A DNA stretch of 64,000 nt from positions 8,497 to 72,496 of IMG/VR virus record IMGVR_UViG_3300015615_001189, one strand, 5' to 3'. This stretch comes from a virus. The first letter of the stretch is position 1. Each line of letters begins with the position of its first letter. The translations under genes were made by a program, and so were the position numbers. Of the stretch, positions 62,641 to 64,000 are shown in pieces. The notes below the pieces were generated by a model. The model saw nothing but the letters and a program-made list of their open reading frames with translations. It made no database searches and was not told the origin of the DNA.

Positions 62641-64000
62641 GCAATACCCGCCGCGCCTCCGCCAACGACCGCGAGTTTCACCAAGAACGCTATATGAGCA
62701 GCGCGGAGGTGCCGCGCGGCTTGTTTGCAAACTGTGTCGCGTCTCGCGTGCGCGCCTTGACCGATCCGCTGCACCGCAAGCTCGTCTGGTGGCTGCAAGC
62801 GGAGTCGTGGAAACGTGGTTCACTCGACGCGATCGCCGAGGAAATCCTCACGCGCTGGCCGGAGCGGTTTGCGACGCCGGCCATGGCCGCGCTTGGGTTT
62901 GGAAAAGGCCGTGTTTATCAGGCCGATGAAGTGCGGCAGGTGCGCGCGGAAATTCCGCAGCACCTCGTGTTGAATGATGAAGAGTTTCCGCTGCGGGGCG
63001 AGCTGCTCGGGAGCGAACGGATGAGCGAGGATCGGGGCAGGTTGTGGGGGGCCACCGACGATGCGGCGGAGGCGCGCTCGCACGCGGAGATTCTTGCGAA
63101 CAAGCGCCGCGCCGCGGCGCGGCCGGCTTCCTACCCCGCGCGGGTGTTTGCGGAGCGTTGTTTGAATGCGGGAAAAGCGGGATTGGGAAAATTTCTCTTT
63201 GAGCGCCTGTGCCTCGATCCCGCTGTGATGCTCGGTCGCGAAACACTTTGGTATTTGCCCTCGCTGGTGGAAACACTGACCGAGCTACACGATCTGCACG
63301 CCAGCGCTGGCGCGCCCGCTTCTCACCGCACGGAGATCGGTTCGATGGTGGAGGATGCGCTCGAATATGCACTCGCAGAGCGGTGCCTCGTCATCGTCGA
63401 TGGCTTGGCGCGCACGGGGAAGACGTTCGCCGTGAAGCGATGGTGCGAGGCGCACCGTGGCGAAGTGCGTTACGTTCAAGTCCCGTCGTCGAATGACGAT
63501 ATGAGTTTCTTTCGCGCGGTCGGCGACGCTCTCGGTCTGCCCACCGGTCAGGCGTTTAAGGCGCACGAGCTGCGCGCTCGAATCGAGGAAGTGATGCACG
63601 GCGGCGACTTGCTGCTCGCGCTTGACGAAGGGCACTACCTCTGGCCGCAACGCAACATGCGCAAGGCCGTGCCGCACCGGATCAACTGGATGCTCACGCA
63701 ACTCGTGAACATGGGTGTTCCCGTGGCGATCGTGACGACTCCGCAGTTTACCAAGAGCCAGGAGAATCTCGTGCGGCATGGCGGCTGGTCATCCGAGCAA
63801 TTCATCGGGCGGATCGGCCACTATCAACGGCTCCCCGATCTGCTTTCCGAGGCGGACCTGGAGGGAGTCGCGCGGCATTGGCTCCCTGGTGCGTGCGCGA
63901 AGTCGATCCGAGTGTTAGTGACCTACGCGCAGTCCTCGGAGAAGTATCTCCAGGGCATCGAATCGCTCGCCCGCCGCGCCCGCTTTAACGCGCGCAAAGC
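62637..64000 (+). CDS. MuB/TniB-like AAA+ ATPase (runs off window; missing from ORF track)
   Basis: ATG 62637; Walker A GLARTGKT (63402-63425); Walker B LLALDEGH; EQFIGRIG. Confidence 0.85.
   Translation, partial: MSNTRRASANDREFHQERYMSSAEVPRGLFANCVASRVRALTDPLHRKLVWWLQAESWKRGSLDAIAEEILTRWPERFATPAMAALGFGKGRVYQADEVRQVRAEIPQHLVLNDEEFPLRGELLGSERMSEDRGRLWGATDDAAEARSHAEILANKRRAAARPASYPARVFAERCLNAGKAGLGKFLFERLCLDPAVMLGRETLWYLPSLVETLTELHDLHASAGAPASHRTEIGSMVEDALEYALAERCLVIVDGLARTGKTFAVKRWCEAHRGEVRYVQVPSSNDDMSFFRAVGDALGLPTGQAFKAHELRARIEEVMHGGDLLLALDEGHYLWPQRNMRKAVPHRINWMLTQLVNMGVPVAIVTTPQFTKSQENLVRHGGWSSEQFIGRIGHYQRLPDLLSEADLEGVARHWLPGACAKSIRVLVTYAQSSEKYLQGIESLARRARFNARK

Larger units (their letters stand above)
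50345..64000. mobile_element. Mu-like transposable element, candidate phage satellite (right end outside window)
   Basis: TG-initiated end with three related sites, repressor/Cro pair, capsid-like, tape-measure-like, DDE transposase and MuB-like ATPase genes. Confidence 0.7.

Overview
The window holds two adjacent mobile elements in a GC-rich genome. The host is probably Verrucomicrobia-like, inferred from a PEP-CTERM protein, GYF_2 membrane proteins and AC-rich leaders mostly lacking SD sites. (1) 1..~50320 is the right part of a temperate podovirus-like prophage. It carries small accessory genes (two attC-like sites), an intein-containing terminase, tRNA-Met(CAT), a DUF2829/Tad2-like protein, a 4127-aa polyvalent protein, portal, an inverted Cys-rich cassette, scaffold, N4-gp56-type capsid, adaptors, tail fibres, a lysis cassette with an alpha/beta hydrolase, a PEP-CTERM/ParB/ParB operon, an RHH-only control region, Xis/integrase and a 3' tRNA fragment (att). 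(2) From ~50345 to beyond the window is a Mu-like transposable element with repressor/Cro-like genes, a capsid-like gene, a tape-measure-like gene, a DDE transposase and a MuB-like ATPase, possibly a transposable phage satellite. The strongest novel signal: the giant protein contains an ECF-like sigma domain in one of its modules, which are separated by a repeated [TSA]QPQ motif. Seven copies of an ECF-like promoter, (C/T)(T/G)GACG-N15-(C/A)GT(C/A)T, sit just upstream of start codons, and three of them precede small genes overprinted inside the giant gene's linkers. The giant gene also contains an antisense promoter plus hairpin RNA right after its LPD3-like domain. All family assignments are motif recognition by eye; no searches were run.
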